Below are positions 10,867-19,648 of a stretch of 32,000 nt of DNA, one piece after another. Both the position numbers and the translations under genes were made by a program. The stretch is taken from positions 4,560,001 through 4,592,000 of the forward strand of contig NZ_LN831024.1 in assembly GCF_001457615.1 (NCBI RefSeq), read 5' to 3'. How positions within the stretch are numbered: the stretch's first letter is position 1; every line of letters begins with the position of its first letter. The notes under the pieces are model-generated. The model saw nothing but the letters and a program-made list of their open reading frames with translations, searched no databases and was not told the origin of the DNA. Origin of the DNA: Pseudomonas aeruginosa (GTDB taxonomy: Bacteria; Pseudomonadota; Gammaproteobacteria; Pseudomonadales; Pseudomonadaceae).

Positions 10867-12267
10867 TCACCGCAGGCCCGGCGTCGGCCGCGGGGCTCCC
10901 TTGAGTCGGTAGCAGGCCCACATCACCAGCAGCCAGACCGGGATGGCATAGACCGAGACCTGGATGCCGGGGATCAGCAACATGACGCCGAGGATGAACA
11001 CCACGAAGGCCATGCACAGGTAGTTGCCGTACGGATACCAGAACGCGCGGAAGTGCGTGCGGGTGCCCTGGCGGTCCATCTGCGCGCGGAACTTCAGGTG
11101 CGCCATGCTGATCATCGCCCAGTTGATCACCAGCGCCGCCACCACCAGCGACATCAGCAGCTCCAGCGCCTGGTGCGGGATCACATAGTTCACCACCACC
11201 GCGAGGAAGGTCACCAGCGCCGATACCACCAGGGCGCGTACCGGTACGCCGCGCTTGTCGACCCTGGCCAGCGCGCGCGGGGCATCGCCCTGCTCGGCCA
11301 GGCCGAGAAGCATGCGGCCGTTGCAATAGGTGCCGCTGTTGTACACCGACAGTGCGGCGGTGAGCACCACGAAGTTCAGCAGGTGCGCGGCGGTGCCGCT
11401 GCCGATCATCGAGAAGATCTGCACGAACGGGCTGCCGCTGTAGGCATCGCCGGAAGCGTTGAGGGTCTGCAGCAGGCTGTCCCAGGGCGTCAGCGAGAGC
11501 AGCACGATCAGGGCGCCGATGTAGAAGATCAGGATGCGATAGATCACCTGGTTGATCGCCTTCGGGATCACCGTCCTCGGCTTGTCCGCCTCGGCCGCGG
11601 TGAAGCCGAGCATTTCCAGGCCACCGAAGGAGAACATGATGATCGCCATGGCCATCACCAGTCCGCTCGCTCCGTTGGGGAAGAAACCGCCGTGTGCCCA
11701 GAGGTTGCTCACCGAAGCCTGCGGACCGCCGCTGCCGCTGAACAGCAGGTAGCAGCCGAGCAGGATCATGCCGATGATCGCCACCACCTTGATGATCGCG
11801 AACCAGAACTCGGCTTCGCCGAAGGCCTTGACGTTGGCCAGGTTGATCGCGTTGACGACGACGAAGAACAACGCCGCCGTGGCCCAGGTCGGCACCTCCG
11901 GCCACCAGTAGTGGATGTACTTGCCGACCGCGGTCAGTTCCGACATCCCGACCAGGATGTACAGCACCCAGCAGTTCCAGCCGGAGAGGAAGCCGGCGAA
12001 GCCGCCCCAGTACTTGTGCGCGAAGTGGCTGAAGGAGCCGGCGACCGGCTCCTCGACGATCATCTCGCCGAGCTGGCGCATGATCATGAAAGCGATGAAG
12101 CCGGCGATGGCGTAGCCGAGGATCATCGACGGGCCCGCCGACTTGAGCACCCCGGCCGAGCCGAGGAACAGGCCGGTGCCGATGGCGCCGCCGAGGGCGA
12201 TCAACTGGATGTGACGATTCTTCAGGCCGCGCTTGAGCTCGCCCGAATGCGGATGTTGGCCGTCCAT
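10867..12267 (-). CDS. aroP2: aromatic amino-acid permease, APC family (AroP-type)
   Basis: 466 aa; 'LKNRHIQLIALGGAIGTGLFLGSAGVLKSAGPS' signature; adjacent to hpd. Confidence 0.88.
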   Translation of the reverse strand: MDGQHPHSGELKRGLKNRHIQLIALGGAIGTGLFLGSAGVLKSAGPSMILGYAIAGFIAFMIMRQLGEMIVEEPVAGSFSHFAHKYWGGFAGFLSGWNCWVLYILVGMSELTAVGKYIHYWWPEVPTWATAALFFVVVNAINLANVKAFGEAEFWFAIIKVVAIIGMILLGCYLLFSGSGGPQASVSNLWAHGGFFPNGASGLVMAMAIIMFSFGGLEMLGFTAAEADKPRTVIPKAINQVIYRILIFYIGALIVLLSLTPWDSLLQTLNASGDAYSGSPFVQIFSMIGSGTAAHLLNFVVLTAALSVYNSGTYCNGRMLLGLAEQGDAPRALARVDKRGVPVRALVVSALVTFLAVVVNYVIPHQALELLMSLVVAALVINWAMISMAHLKFRAQMDRQGTRTHFRAFWYPYGNYLCMAFVVFILGVMLLIPGIQVSVYAIPVWLLVMWACYRLKGAPRPTPGLR

Positions 12268-12564
12268 TGAATTATCTCACGCAAGTGGAAATTTATTGTT
12301 GTCGGAGGCGAAACGGGGCCGTGCGGCTCAGGCGGCAGGCGCACGGCGGGCGCCATGCGGGGCGCGTGGCGGCGGGCGGTCGGCTGGGCGGAGGGAGGAC
12401 TCACGGATCATGCGTCACCTGTTTGTTGTTGTACGTGACGTGAATGGGCCGCCAGGCTCGTGGCTCGGCGGTGCGGGCAAGGCTGGCGCGATCGGCGCCG
12501 CTGGAACGGAAACGCGGAGCGCAAGGAAAACCGCCAGCCCCGGAAGAGGCTGGCGGCAGCGGGA

Positions 12565-13638
12565 TCAGATCACGCCGCGGCGAATCTGGTCTTCCTCGAT
12601 GGACTCGAACAGGGCCTTGAAATTGCCCTCGCCGAAGCCCTGGTTGCCCTTGCGCTGGATGATCTCGAAGAAGATCGGGCCGATCACCGTGTCGGTGAAG
12701 ATCTGCAGCAGGATGCCGTCGTCGCCCGGGGCGCCGTCGATCAGCAGGTTCAGTTCGCGCAGTTGCTCGAGCGGCTCGCCATGCCCGGCGACGCGGGTGT
12801 CGACCTTCTCGTAGTAGGTGTCCGGGGTCGACATGAACTTCACGCCGTTGTCGCGCAGCTTGCGCACGGTGGCATAGATGTCGTCGGTGGTCAGGGCGAT
12901 GTGCTGGATGCCTTCGCCATGGTATTCGCGGATGAATTCCTCGATCTGCGAGGTATCGTCGGCCGACTCGTTGATCGGGATGCGGATCTTCCCGCAAGGT
13001 GCGGTCATGGCGCGGGAGAACAGGCCGGTGAGCTTGCCTTCGATGTCGAAGTAGCGAATCTCGCGGAAGTTGGCGATGCGCTCGTAGAAACCGGACCAGA
13101 CGTCCATCTGGCCGCGCTTGACGTTGTGGGTCAGGTGGTCGATGTAGGTCAGGCCGACGGAGTTGTCGTTGGCGCTGCGGCCTTCGATGAACTCGAAGTC
13201 GACGTCATAGATGCTGCGGTCGCCGTAGCGGTCGACAAGATACAGCAGCGAACCGCCGATGCCTTCCAGGGAAGGGATGTTCAGCTCGCCGAAGTTGGCG
13301 TGGCTGCCCACCAGCTTGGCGCCCTGGGATTCGGCGTAGGCGGCGGCCTGGGAAGCGTTCTTCACCCGGAAGGCCATGGCGCAGGCGCTCGGGCCGTGCT
13401 TGAGGGCGAATTCATGGACATGCCCGGTCGGGCTGCCGTTGAGCACGATGTTGATATCGTTCTGCTGGAACAGGAAGACTTCCTTGGAACGATGCTTGGC
13501 GGTTTCGGTGAAGCCCATCATGTTGAACAGCTGGCGCAGCTGCTCGATGCCCTTGGCGTCGGGGGCGGTGAACTCGACGAATTCGAATCCGTCGGTACCG
13601 ATGGGATTGTGCTGTTCGATCTTGGCCACGGCGTTCAT
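12565..13638 (-). CDS. hpd: 4-hydroxyphenylpyruvate dioxygenase
   Basis: 357 aa; 'GIQHIALTTDDIYATVRKLRDNGVKFM' and C-terminal 'QGNFKALFESIEEDQIRRG'-like region ('GNQGFGEGNFKALFESIEEDQ'). Confidence 0.97.
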   Translation of the reverse strand: MNAVAKIEQHNPIGTDGFEFVEFTAPDAKGIEQLRQLFNMMGFTETAKHRSKEVFLFQQNDINIVLNGSPTGHVHEFALKHGPSACAMAFRVKNASQAAAYAESQGAKLVGSHANFGELNIPSLEGIGGSLLYLVDRYGDRSIYDVDFEFIEGRSANDNSVGLTYIDHLTHNVKRGQMDVWSGFYERIANFREIRYFDIEGKLTGLFSRAMTAPCGKIRIPINESADDTSQIEEFIREYHGEGIQHIALTTDDIYATVRKLRDNGVKFMSTPDTYYEKVDTRVAGHGEPLEQLRELNLLIDGAPGDDGILLQIFTDTVIGPIFFEIIQRKGNQGFGEGNFKALFESIEEDQIRRGVI

Positions 13639-13831
13639 CCGGCCTCCTCGTTGTTCTTGTTGAATGGACCGCCGCCGGTCCAGGCGGCCGACGACATGGG
13701 AGATGCCTTCATCTCACCCCGTGGCGGCGCGGCGGACAAGCCGTCGGCAGGGCCCGGCACAGGGCCTGGCGCAGGGTTTCTGGCAACTATTCCTTACGCG
13801 CCGGCGGCATGCATGGCGAACGCCCGGTCTT

Positions 13832-13849
13832 CGTAAAATTATCTTTACA
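13832..13849. promoter_or_regulatory. TyrR/PhhR box between hpd and the AraC-type gene
   Basis: CGTAAA-ATTATC-TTTACA, matching 11 of 12 defined bases of TGTAAA-N6-TTTACA. Confidence 0.75.
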
Positions 13850-13959
13850 GGGCGGTGCGAAAAGCTGCCAGCAGCGCTGTCACGGCTGCGCTGAAAGCCG
13901 GCGCTGCATGATCGGCGTCAAGCGGTTAACCTGCGTCTTTCCTCCGCGACGGCATTCCC

Positions 13960-14748
13960 ATGGCACGACCCGCACCACCCGACCTGAGCGACAGCCGCCG
14001 GCCCCTGCGCGGCGTCGCCCGCAGCTATCCTGCCGGGCACCGCGTCGATGCCCACGAGCACGCCTGGGGCCAGGTGCTCTATGCGGTGTCCGGGATGATG
14101 TGGCTGGAGACGCCCGACGAGGCCCTGCCGGTCCCGCCGCAACGGGCGGTCTGGTTGCCTCCGGGCCTGCGCCATGCGGTGCGGGTCGCCTCCGAGTTGC
14201 AGATGCGCAACATCTACCTGAGCCCGGAACTCTCCCGCGGCCTGGAGGACCGCACCCTGGTGCTGGTGGTCGGCCCGCTGCTGCGCGAGCTGATCGTCAG
14301 CCTGGTGGAGCAGGAACGACAGAGCGACCCCCACTACTATCGGGCGCTGGCCGATCTCGCCGTGCTCGAACTCGGCCGCGCGCGCCGTTCCAGCCTACGC
14401 GTACCGCTGCCGGACGCCTCCGACAGGCGCCTGCTCGCGCTGTGCCAGGCGGTGATGGCCAATCCCTCCCTGGACATCGGCCTGGAGCGCCTGGCCGAAG
14501 ACGCCGGGGCCAGCGTGCGGACCCTCTCGCGCCTGTTCCAGCGCAGCCTGGGCATGGGCTTCGCCGACTGGCGGCGGCAGGTGCAGCTGGCGACCGCCGC
14601 CGCCGCACTGATCGATGGCCGTCCGGTGGCAGGCATCGCCCATGCCCTGGGATATACGCCGAGCGCCTTCAGCGACATGTTCCGCCGCGAGCTGGGCGTC
14701 TCTCCCACCGAGTACAGGGCCGAGCATCACCAGCCGTTCCAGCCTTGA
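13960..14748 (+). CDS. AraC-family transcriptional regulator
   Basis: 262 aa; N-terminal cupin-like domain and C-terminal 'GASVRTLSRLFQRSLGMGFADWRRQVQL...IAHALGYTPSAFSDMFRRELGVSPTEYR'. Confidence 0.94.
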   Translation: MARPAPPDLSDSRRPLRGVARSYPAGHRVDAHEHAWGQVLYAVSGMMWLETPDEALPVPPQRAVWLPPGLRHAVRVASELQMRNIYLSPELSRGLEDRTLVLVVGPLLRELIVSLVEQERQSDPHYYRALADLAVLELGRARRSSLRVPLPDASDRRLLALCQAVMANPSLDIGLERLAEDAGASVRTLSRLFQRSLGMGFADWRRQVQLATAAAALIDGRPVAGIAHALGYTPSAFSDMFRRELGVSPTEYRAEHHQPFQP

Positions 14749-14831
14749 CCGGTATTCGATAGCGATTGGCCGATAGATGTTTTTTCGGCCAACTAGACTG
14801 GCACCATCGTTCACCGTCCCTGTCAGCCGCC

Positions 14832-15004
14832 ATGAACTACCTGATCTCCCTCGGCATCGGCCTGCTGGTCGGCGCGCTCTACGCCGTCCTCGACTTCCGC
14901 TCGCCGGCGCCCCCACCATCGCCTTGGTCGGCCTGCTTGGCATGCAGCTCGGCGAACAGCTTTTCCCCCTTGGCCGCGACCTGCTGCAGCAGTGGCTGCA
15001 CTGA
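14832..15004 (+). pseudogene. XapX-domain small membrane protein with an apparent single-base frameshift
   Basis: Frame A gives MNYLISLGIGLLVGALYAVLDFRSPAPP; frame B continues TIALVGLLGMQLGEQLFPLGRDLLQQWLH*. They join if one C is added to the C5 run at 14910-14914. Confidence 0.75.
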
Positions 15005-15029
15005 TCGCCGCGACGACACGGAGCCCCCG

Positions 15030-15989
15030 ATGAAAGCACTGCAATTCGACCGTACCGGCGACCTCGCCGCCCTCGAGCTGGTGGACATGCCCGACCCGCT
15101 TCCCGCCGCCGATGAGGTGCGGGTGGAAATCCGCGCTGCCGGGCTGAATCCGAGCGACGTGAAGAACGTCCTCGGCCGCTTCCCCTATACCACCCTGCCC
15201 CGGGTACCGGGCCGCGACTTCGCCGGGGTGGTGGTGGAGGGACCGAAGGCTCTGCTCGGCCAGGCGGTCTGGGGCACCGGGCGGGAGCCGGGATTCTTCC
15301 GCGACGGTAGCCACGCGCAGTTCCTGACCCTGCCGGCCGCCGGCGTCGCGCTCAAGCCGGAAAGCCTGAGCTTCGCCCAGGCCGCCAGTTGCGGGGTGCC
15401 CTACAGCACCGCCTGGGATGCCCTGCAACGCAGCCAGGTCAAGGCCGGCACCCGGCTCCTGGTAATCGGCGCCAACGGCGCGGTCGGCAAGGCCGCGCTG
15501 GCGCTGGCCAAGGCCCTGGGGGCCGAAGCGATCGGCGCGGTGCGGCGCGAGGAGCAACGCCAGGCGCTGGAAACGCAGGGCATCGCCGCGCTGCTGCTGG
15601 GCGAGCCGGCCGAACTGGCGGCACAGGTGGAAGGGATCTTCCCCGGCGGGGCCGAGGTGATCTTCGATACGACCGGTTTCTGGCTCGAGGCGGCGGTCCC
15701 GGCGCTGGCCGCCTTCGGTCGCCTGGCGATCATCGCCGCACCGGCCGACGGCCATGTGCGCCTGCCGGCGTTGAACCTGTACCGTCGCGGTGGCTCGGTG
15801 GTGGGGATCAACTCGCTGCTCTATGGCGTGGAAGCCTGCGCAGGCTTCCTCGACGCCTTCGGCAAGCTGTTCGACCAGGGCCGCCTGCCGCTGCCGGACG
15901 GGCTGCGGGAAGTCCCGCTGGAGCAGGGCGTTGAGCAGTACCGGGCGGTGAACGAAGGCACCTGCGAGAAGATCATCCTGGTGCCCTGA
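15030..15989 (+). CDS. zinc-independent quinone oxidoreductase / MDR-family NAD(P)-dependent alcohol dehydrogenase-like protein
   Basis: 319 aa from MKALQFDRTGDLAALELVDMP; 'RVPGRDFAGVVVEG', 'TRLLVIGANGAVGKAALALAKALGA'. The track ORF is artificially joined to the upstream XapX region. Confidence 0.88.
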   Translation: MKALQFDRTGDLAALELVDMPDPLPAADEVRVEIRAAGLNPSDVKNVLGRFPYTTLPRVPGRDFAGVVVEGPKALLGQAVWGTGREPGFFRDGSHAQFLTLPAAGVALKPESLSFAQAASCGVPYSTAWDALQRSQVKAGTRLLVIGANGAVGKAALALAKALGAEAIGAVRREEQRQALETQGIAALLLGEPAELAAQVEGIFPGGAEVIFDTTGFWLEAAVPALAAFGRLAIIAAPADGHVRLPALNLYRRGGSVVGINSLLYGVEACAGFLDAFGKLFDQGRLPLPDGLREVPLEQGVEQYRAVNEGTCEKIILVP

Positions 15990-16040
15990 GGAGCGGGCGG
16001 AATCCCGGCGGAACACGCCGGGATTCCGCTGCGCGCAAGA

Positions 16041-16823
16041 CTACTCCGCGCCGACCGCGAGCTTGCGGGCGCTGCGCGCCTCCTCCAGCTGCATGCAGCG
16101 CTCGAGGAACAGGTACATATAGTCGTAGCTCTTGCAGATCGCGTCGCGCAGTTGCCGGCGCAGCTCGGCGCAGGGATTGGTGCCGGCCAGGGTGCAGATG
16201 ATCTCCAGCGCCTCCCAGGGGTGGGCATCGTCGTACTGGGCGTGGAGCTTGAGCCACTTCATGGCGCGCTTGCGGCCTTCCTTGGGGAAGGCGTTTTCGT
16301 AGACGCCGTTCGAACAGACCAGCGCCGACCACTCGCCGGTGACGCCTTCGATGGCGTAGTTGGTGGCGGCCATGGCCACCGCCAGTGAGTCGCTGGCGCA
16401 GGTGTGCCAGCACCAGTGGCTGAGCGCGTGCAGTTCGGCCGGCACGTCTTGCGCCTGGATCTCGGCCAGGCTCACGCCGTGGGCCTCGGCCCAGTGCAGC
16501 CAGTAGTCGGCGTGGTTGAGTTCGACCCGAATGTTGCGCATCAGCCAGCGGCGCGCCATGTCTTCGCCGGGATGGCGGGCGAAACGGGTCTTCAGCAGGT
16601 TCTGCGACATGTACAAGGGGAACTGCTCGACCACCGGCCAGCCGCCGATCAGGTACAGGCGCATCAGCGCCGGGCTCAGCTCGGCGTCGCGCATGCGCCG
16701 GTACAGCTCGTGACCGGAAACCCGGTCCTTGCTCGCCTGGCAGTCGACGATCAGTTGCTGCGCCCACTGCGGATAGCTTCCCGCCTCCTGCAAGGGGCCC
16801 GTACGGTCAAAGAACTCGCTCAC
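16041..16823 (-). CDS. undA: UndA-like non-heme iron fatty-acid decarboxylase/oxidase (1-undecene biosynthesis)
   Basis: 260 aa heme-oxygenase-like fold protein; candidate metal ligands E66, E101, H104, E159, H194, D198 (counted in the translation) match the ligand spacing I recall for UndA; next to rbdA. Confidence 0.82.
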   Translation of the reverse strand: MSEFFDRTGPLQEAGSYPQWAQQLIVDCQASKDRVSGHELYRRMRDAELSPALMRLYLIGGWPVVEQFPLYMSQNLLKTRFARHPGEDMARRWLMRNIRVELNHADYWLHWAEAHGVSLAEIQAQDVPAELHALSHWCWHTCASDSLAVAMAATNYAIEGVTGEWSALVCSNGVYENAFPKEGRKRAMKWLKLHAQYDDAHPWEALEIICTLAGTNPCAELRRQLRDAICKSYDYMYLFLERCMQLEEARSARKLAVGAE

Positions 16824-16897
16824 ACCCGTCTCCCTTCTCTTCTTGTCGGCAACGGCCTCATAGCAGCGAAACTACTCTTTCTTCGCCCCGCGGTCAC

Positions 16898-19354
16898 CTA
16901 CCGGAGGTTCTGTCCGAGGCTCGGCCACAGGCCCTGGGCATCCACTCCAGCCCCCGGAGGCTGGCGACTGAACGGCAGGGGCGCGCCGATGGCCAGGCCC
17001 TGGGCATAGTCGATGCCGATCTCGCGCAGCGCTTCCATGACTTCGACGGTCTCGACGAACTCCGCGATGGTACGTTTGCCCATCACGTGGCCGATATGGT
17101 TGATCACCTGGACCATGGCGCGATCGATGGGATCCTCGAGCATGTCCTTGACGAAGCTGCCATCGATCTTCAGGTAATCCACCGGCAGGTGCTTGAGGTA
17201 GATGAAGGACGACATGCCGGCGCAGAAATCGTCCAGGGAGAAACGACAGCCGGTGTCCTTGAGCTCGTTGATGAAGCGGATGGCGCTGGCCAGGTTGGCA
17301 ACCGCCACGGTTTCGGTGACCTCGAAGCAGATCGTCTGCGGCGGAATGCGGTAACGGGCGAACAGCTCGGTGAGGAACTGCAGGAACGACTCGTCGCCGA
17401 TGGTCGCGCCGGAGAGGTTGATGGCGCAGGTGCCGATCGGCTCGGCGCGAGGGTCCTGGGCGCGCTCGACAAGGGTGCGGAAGGCATTCTCCACCACCCA
17501 GCGATCGATCAGCGTCATCAGGCCGTAGCGCTCGGCGGCGGGTATGAAGCTCAGCGGCGGCACCAGGCGCCCGCCCTCGTCGCGCAGGCGCAGCAGCAGT
17601 TCGACGTGCAAGCCCTCCTCCGCGCCTTCGCCCAGCGGCACGATGGGCTGGGCATAGAGGCTGAAGCGGTCTTCCTCCAGCGCCAGGTGGATGCGCTGGA
17701 CCCAGGTCATCTCGCCGAAGCGCATCGACAGTTCGACGTCGTCCTGATGGAACACCTGGACCCGATTGCGCCCCTTTTCCTTGGCCATGTAGCAGGCCAT
17801 GTCGGCGGAGCGCAGTGCCTCCTCGAGGGTCGAGATACCCGGCAGCAGGTGCACCAGGCCGACGCTGACGGTGCAGTTGAACGGCTGCCCGCTCCAGGTG
17901 AAGTGCAGGTCCTGGACCGTCTTGCGCAGATGGTCGGCGATCTCCACGGCTTTTTCCGCCGGGCAGTTCTCCAGCAGGATGCCGAACTCGTCGCCGCCCA
18001 GCCGCGCCAGCGTGTCGCCCTCGCGCAAGCCTTGTTGCAGCAGGGTGCAGACCTGGCGCAGCAGTTCGTCGCCGGCGGCGTGGCCGCAGGTGTCGTTGAC
18101 CAGTTTGAACTGGTCCAGGTCGAGGAACATCAGGGCGTGCCGCCCGCTGTTGCGCTCCAGGCGTTCCAGCGCTATCTGCAGGCGATACTCGAACTCGCGG
18201 CGGTTGGTCAGCCCGGTCAACGCATCGTGGGTCGCCTGCCAGGACAGGCGCGCCATATACTGGCGCTCGCGGGTCATGTCGTGAAGCACCAGGACCACCC
18301 CGGTGATCTCGCCGCCGCGATGGATCGGCGCGCCCACCAGGGTCACCGGCACGCTGCTGCCGTCGTGGCGCAGGACCAGCTTGGAATGCTCGCGGCCGCC
18401 GTCGATCTCGCCGCTGAGGATCTGCTCGATCAGCAGCATGCCCTCCTCCCGCGAGCTTTCGTCGACGATCCGGAACAGCGACGCCAGGGGCAGGCCGCGG
18501 GCCTTGTCCAGCGTCCAGTTGGTCATCTGCTCGGCGGCCGGGTTGAGGTAGGAAATGCCCCCCTGGGTGTCGGCGGTGATCACTCCGTCGCCGATCGAGG
18601 CCAGGGTGATCTGGGCCCGTTCGCGCTCGGCATCGAGGGCGTTCTCCACTTCCTGGCGCTGCATCAGTTGTTGCCGGGTACGCAGGAACGCCAGGAGGAT
18701 GAGCACGCTGGCGGTGGTCAGGTTGGCCACCAGCAGCAGCCTGAGCAAGGCCCGCGAGCCCTCGCCGAGGGCGTCGCTGAAGGCCTTGGCCGCCGGCGTG
18801 ACCTTCTCGTTGATCGCGTGGATCTCGGTCTTCCACTGTTGCACCTGCTCGGCACTGGCCTGCCCGGTGCCGATGCCCGCGCGCATCTTGCCGGCGACGT
18901 CGATCAGTTCCATGACGTACTTGTCGCCCACCAGCCACAGCTCGATGGCGCGCTCGAAGTAACTGAAGTCGTGGAAGTTGCGGTACAGCCAGATGATCGC
19001 GGTAACGTCGTCGGCATGGTTGCCGCCCTTGAGGATGCCCTGGCGGGCCGCCTCGATGTCCGGGTCGGGCTGGTCCAGGGCAAGGCGCATCTCGCGGTCG
19101 CCGAGGGGGATCGCGATGGCCTCCTCGTAGCGGCGGAAGTCTTCGTCGGCGCGTGAGTCGGCATAGAGGGTGAGGTAGTAGATGGCATCCTTCTGGCCCT
19201 TCGACCAGAGGCTTTCGCCGCCGACATAGCTGCGCACCGCGGAGAGGACGTAGAGACTGCCGCCCGCCAGCATGGCCTGCAGCAGCACCACGACGATGAA
19301 GGGCCATACCAGGCCGAGCAGGCGGGGCTTGTCGAGAGTCCGGTTCTGCCTCAT
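16898..19354 (-). CDS. rbdA: membrane-bound PAS-GGDEF-EAL c-di-GMP regulator RbdA
   Basis: 818 aa from MRQNRTLDKPRLLG (track ORF has 4 extra residues); two TM segments, PAS, 'LARLGGDEFGILLENC' GGDEF, EAL domain with 'HVELLLRLRDEGG', 'DDFCAGMSSFIYLKHLPVDYLKIDGSFV'. Confidence 0.93.
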   Translation of the reverse strand: MRQNRTLDKPRLLGLVWPFIVVVLLQAMLAGGSLYVLSAVRSYVGGESLWSKGQKDAIYYLTLYADSRADEDFRRYEEAIAIPLGDREMRLALDQPDPDIEAARQGILKGGNHADDVTAIIWLYRNFHDFSYFERAIELWLVGDKYVMELIDVAGKMRAGIGTGQASAEQVQQWKTEIHAINEKVTPAAKAFSDALGEGSRALLRLLLVANLTTASVLILLAFLRTRQQLMQRQEVENALDAERERAQITLASIGDGVITADTQGGISYLNPAAEQMTNWTLDKARGLPLASLFRIVDESSREEGMLLIEQILSGEIDGGREHSKLVLRHDGSSVPVTLVGAPIHRGGEITGVVLVLHDMTRERQYMARLSWQATHDALTGLTNRREFEYRLQIALERLERNSGRHALMFLDLDQFKLVNDTCGHAAGDELLRQVCTLLQQGLREGDTLARLGGDEFGILLENCPAEKAVEIADHLRKTVQDLHFTWSGQPFNCTVSVGLVHLLPGISTLEEALRSADMACYMAKEKGRNRVQVFHQDDVELSMRFGEMTWVQRIHLALEEDRFSLYAQPIVPLGEGAEEGLHVELLLRLRDEGGRLVPPLSFIPAAERYGLMTLIDRWVVENAFRTLVERAQDPRAEPIGTCAINLSGATIGDESFLQFLTELFARYRIPPQTICFEVTETVAVANLASAIRFINELKDTGCRFSLDDFCAGMSSFIYLKHLPVDYLKIDGSFVKDMLEDPIDRAMVQVINHIGHVMGKRTIAEFVETVEVMEALREIGIDYAQGLAIGAPLPFSRQPPGAGVDAQGLWPSLGQNLR

Positions 19355-19618
19355 TCCATCTACCATTCAAACTGGCGCTAAGCGATCGGGCGCCGTCTCC
19401 GTCGCCCCTGACTGCATCACCTGTCGGCCGCTCAAGATCCCGTCGCAGAACTCCCGAGGCCTTGCCTGCCGGCAGCCACGACGCTGGAGGAGGCGGACAC
19501 CCGGCAAACAGTAGGAGTCTAGTGGCTGTTTGCCGAACCTGCCCTGCACCTGGCGGAACAGACAGCGTTTTTTATTGCCGCAGCCAATAAAAACCGGATG
19601 TCTTATATGGAATATACG

Positions 19619-19646
19619 AGAAAAACCGCCAGGCGACAGCCTGGCG
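19619..19646 (-). terminator. Rho-independent terminator after the ABC transporter gene
   Basis: CGCCAGGC-GACA-GCCTGGCG (19627-19646) immediately after the stop codon; GTTTTTCTC on the minus strand. Confidence 0.85.
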
Positions 19647-19648
19647 CC

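Noticed and set aside
14766-15989. 407-aa ORF that looks like an N-terminally extended oxidoreductase
   Set aside because: The first part is the frameshifted XapX-like gene plus out-of-frame sequence; the enzyme domain starts cleanly at MKALQFDRTG (15030).
17087-19156. 689-aa ORF antisense to rbdA
   Set aside because: Typical high-GC antisense ORF with low-complexity His/Gln/Ala/Gly-rich composition; rbdA on the minus strand has full domain evidence.
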